The position numbers and the translations under genes were made by a program. The notes beneath the pieces were generated by a model. The model was not told the origin of the DNA. It searched no databases and saw only the letters and a list, made by a program, of their open reading frames with translations. Positions 60,830 through 64,000 of a stretch of DNA of 64,000 nucleotides are shown one piece after another. The stretch comes from Octopus sinensis (lineage: Eukaryota): the NCBI RefSeq assembly GCF_006345805.1, contig NC_043000.1, positions 101,060,001 through 101,124,000 on the forward strand, read 5' to 3'. Position 1 is the first letter of the stretch, and the number at the start of each line of letters is the position of its first letter.

Positions 60830-62545
60830 ACGAGAAATGATGGAAGGTTGTGATGAGAAAGGTGGGTGTTAGTAACCCAGCTTAATCATTGACGAAAGGA
60901 AAAGATCGTTGCTGGGCTTTTATAGGCTGCCGGGTTCGATCCTTTAACCTTTTTGTTCGTTTTTCTTCCTTTGATTTAGTTTTATTTTTAAAATGTTCTA
61001 GTTAAAGGAAAATTGAATCGGTATATAAAATACTTTTTAAGTAAATTTTTAATATTTAAATCATTCGAACTCATGTAACATTCTTGTCTTTTGTTTGTCC
61101 TGTACTGTCCCGTTCTATATAAGATCGCCATGATCGTAATAAAGATCCCATTTTATCAAAAGCGGTAACGATTCTAAGACTTTACCACCATAACGGTTTG
61201 AAAACATATTCTTGAAATGACCGAGTATGTGGAAGGTTTTCACCTAGTCGCTCTGCCAGCTACAAGTAAGCAAAGGTATTAACAGAGCATTCATGGTTTG
61301 TGCATTACTGGTTGCTTGCGTGGCTTGTTTCAGTTTCAGGCGATGACAAACTTTTGCTTGACATTGTAAAATAATTTGATAGTTGACATTTATAAATTTC
61401 GTTAGATTGATTTTCTTTGAGTTGGCATCCACTTAAGCACTTTTTGGAAGACATTGCTATTCTTCTTGTGGTCTACACCTCTGTGAAAAAAAAAAAAAAA
61501 AGGGATAATATTTTCATTAGCCATAGCAAAGACAGATATCAATCAAGATAATGGTCCAAAACTGAATAAGTTATAAATGAAGAATTGTTCATTTTATACA
61601 AGGTGATATTCAAGCAATTGTTAAAGTAGAAAAAATGCTTTGTTACTGAACGGATTGTAAGTCCAAAATTAGGAGACAGACCCTTTCATTGGTCATTAAA
61701 TAATGGTGTCCCATTGAGAAAATAAGAATTCGGAGTAGACATATTTGATGATGGGAGAGGCAGGGATGAAGTTTCCAAAATAATTCAAGAAAAGTGAATT
61801 ATCTGCGAGTTGTTTGTAATTTTATTTTTTATATTACTCCACACCAGCAGAAACAGCAGTTAGATACTACGTGTCTAGTCTCTGCTTGGGAGTATGAGAT
61901 GACAGTGTCCACTAAGACTGGTAACAGTAATCTGCATGGCAAAGTGCAAAAAACAAAAACATCGTCAGAATGAAAAAATGAAGTTGTTTCAGAGAGGCCA
62001 CTCTTGGATTGGGAGCCCTGAAGCTTAAGCTTCATTAGTTTTATAGTAGATCCGCCACTGATCACGGGTCTAATCATGCTGTGCGTAATACATCCTCAAA
62101 CAATTAATTTCAACTATCGTGTGAGCCCCTTTTTGTTTATAAATAGCGTTATTAAAACATCATTATGACTAGGGAGGTGAGAGAAGAGATAGAAAGGTGG
62201 GTGTAAGATTTGCTCAGGGCGTTATGATATTTTTCTGTTGATATAACGAAGCACTTATAACCAACGATGGCCAGAGTTGAATTATCGTAACGATGGATGA
62301 GCTATACAACCAACAGAATTCGTGATGTGTTATTTGGTCCACTGCATATAATTTAGCAGAAGAATGAAGATTTGCTGTTATTTTAAAGTTTATTTCTTGT
62401 ATTATTTCCACGAATTAACACGCAGCACTTGTAAAATGGTATGCAACATTTTCCAAAGTAAACCAAGACACTTCATAACCTCATAGTTAAACACTGTGTA
62501 TTATGCACTTTATTTCTCCAATTATTACATTGTAATAAATATGTG

Positions 62546-62670
62546 TGGCAAAGGTAAAGAATACGTACATCCGGTGGTTAGGGGTTGAGTTTAGGGTTTA
62601 GGGTTAGTTTTACAGTTAGGGTTTTTGTTACGTCGAAAACCAGTGGTATACGTATTCTTTACCTCTGCCA
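62546..62670. mobile_element. 125-bp MITE with telomere-like interior
   Basis: 22-bp TIRs TGGCA(A/G)AGGTAAAGAATACGTA with one mismatch; interior GGTTAGGGGTTGAGTTTAGGGTTTAGGGTTAG..GTTAGGG. Confidence 0.8.
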
Positions 62671-62689
62671 TATATTCTTTGTACTGTAG

Positions 62690-62830
62690 GTACAGAGCCT
62701 CAACTTTTGCGGGAGGAGACTAGTCAATTACATCGACCCTAGAACTCAACTGGTGCTTATTTATTGACCCCAATAGAATGAAAGGTAAAGTCGATCTCCA
62801 TGGAATTTGAACCCAGAACGTAAACATTGT
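62690..62830 (-). mobile_element. SINE family B fragment
   Basis: CATCGACCC..AACTCAACTGGTGCTTATTTATTGACCCC..GAATGAAAGGTAAAGTCGA..GGAATTTGAACCCAGAACGTAA. Confidence 0.75.
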
Positions 62831-64000
62831 GAAGTATATAATACATCTCACCAAAATGCAGAATCAATAGGGGTTCTGAGCTTGTTCCCTTTCTTTTCAA
62901 ATAAGCTTTCCAGCATTTAAAAAAAATTTTTCCTTATTTTTTTCTGGGATTACTGTAGCATTACTCAGTTCTCACTCTAAGAAAACGTACTTAAAAAATT
63001 CAGTTTTGTACAAAATATGCAATAAATTGTTTATGAGTGAACACCAGAAGGCACTATATTTTTCTAGAATTAAAACAAAAATAGCACTTTTGCTATGTTA
63101 CAGTTAGTTTGTGAACTTAATTTATCAGTGCAGGAAAAATACTGTGACTTAGAACAGTTTGGGAAGGAGATGGATGGAATAGTAATTTTTGAAGATAAAA
63201 CACCCTGCATAAAATAGAAAGAAAATGTTAAAATTTATTCTTTCTGTGCTGCTCGGCACCAAATGAACCACAGACGGGTACTGGTCTGCAGTTTGTTATT
63301 TGGGGACCCTTGCATTAGTTGGATAACAACGGTTGGTCTTCGTATTTAATGTGCCACTTTCACTTAGTCAAACTTAAGCTAGAAGAATCTATTATGCTGC
63401 GTAGTGACCAGCTTGTTTGTCATACAGAATATTGTTTGCATAAATGAGTATTATTTTTCTGTGTTGGGTTTTGAAATAATAAAAAGAAAAAATTTCGATG
63501 AATAATTTCTGCCAGCGGGAGTGGTGGACATTTCAATTTTTATTTCAATGCATTAAACTGGTGATCCTTCACTTTCATAAATTTATAGCTCTTCAAAATG
63601 TTTAATGATGTTAAATATTTTGACTATATCATTGGTTTCACTCTATAGTTTGTAAAAAGATCATCACTTGAACACATAGTGGTCTGCTAGAAATGGCAGT
63701 CAAATCTCCCAATAACCACAGACTCTTCAGCTTAAAGAAGACCAACAAAATTAAATAAATTGACAAAATTGCAATCCATCAGAGGTAGTTAGGTGTCATA
63801 TCTGGATCCAAAAATTACATAAATTGATAAAATGTCAACACCAGAGTAGGTAGATATATTTTGTTTCCAGGAATTCACAAATTGACGAAATAAAACTGAC
63901 ATCGGATCTTCACCTTTTTGACCTACAGATTTAAAAATAATTTTTTGTAACTAAACACTTTCAAACTGGTAGAATGTGTTGTATAAAACATGTTTTACTC

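Overview
AT-rich, microsatellite-saturated eukaryotic DNA. The SINE/LINE families, as I recall them, fit a coleoid cephalopod, most likely Octopus; this is an inference and was not checked against a database. No host protein-coding gene can be supported, and nearly all listed ORFs are simple-repeat or SINE artefacts. The recognisable coding remnants are all decayed transposons: a Tc1 transposase fragment (7.5 kb), two CR1 3' ends (20.7 and 22.6 kb), Tx1/L1-like 3' ends (23-27 and 57.6 kb), two different RTE-clade LINEs (41.1-43.3 kb with a C-terminal C2H2 motif; 52.1-52.9 kb with a PHD-like insert) and Penelope-like RT/GIY-YIG remnants (35.2 and 47.5-48.4 kb). At least four SINE-like families, several MITEs and foldback hairpins fill the rest. 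The most interesting signal is a dispersed set of short (about 200-400 bp) (TA)n-flanked elements. Each carries a minimal type I hammerhead-ribozyme-like motif (stem I - CUGANGA - stem II - GAAAC-GU-H - stem I) with covarying stems and CpG-type decay. They look like solo Penelope pseudo-LTRs or retrozyme-like elements. Most boundaries were read by eye and are approximate to within tens of bases.
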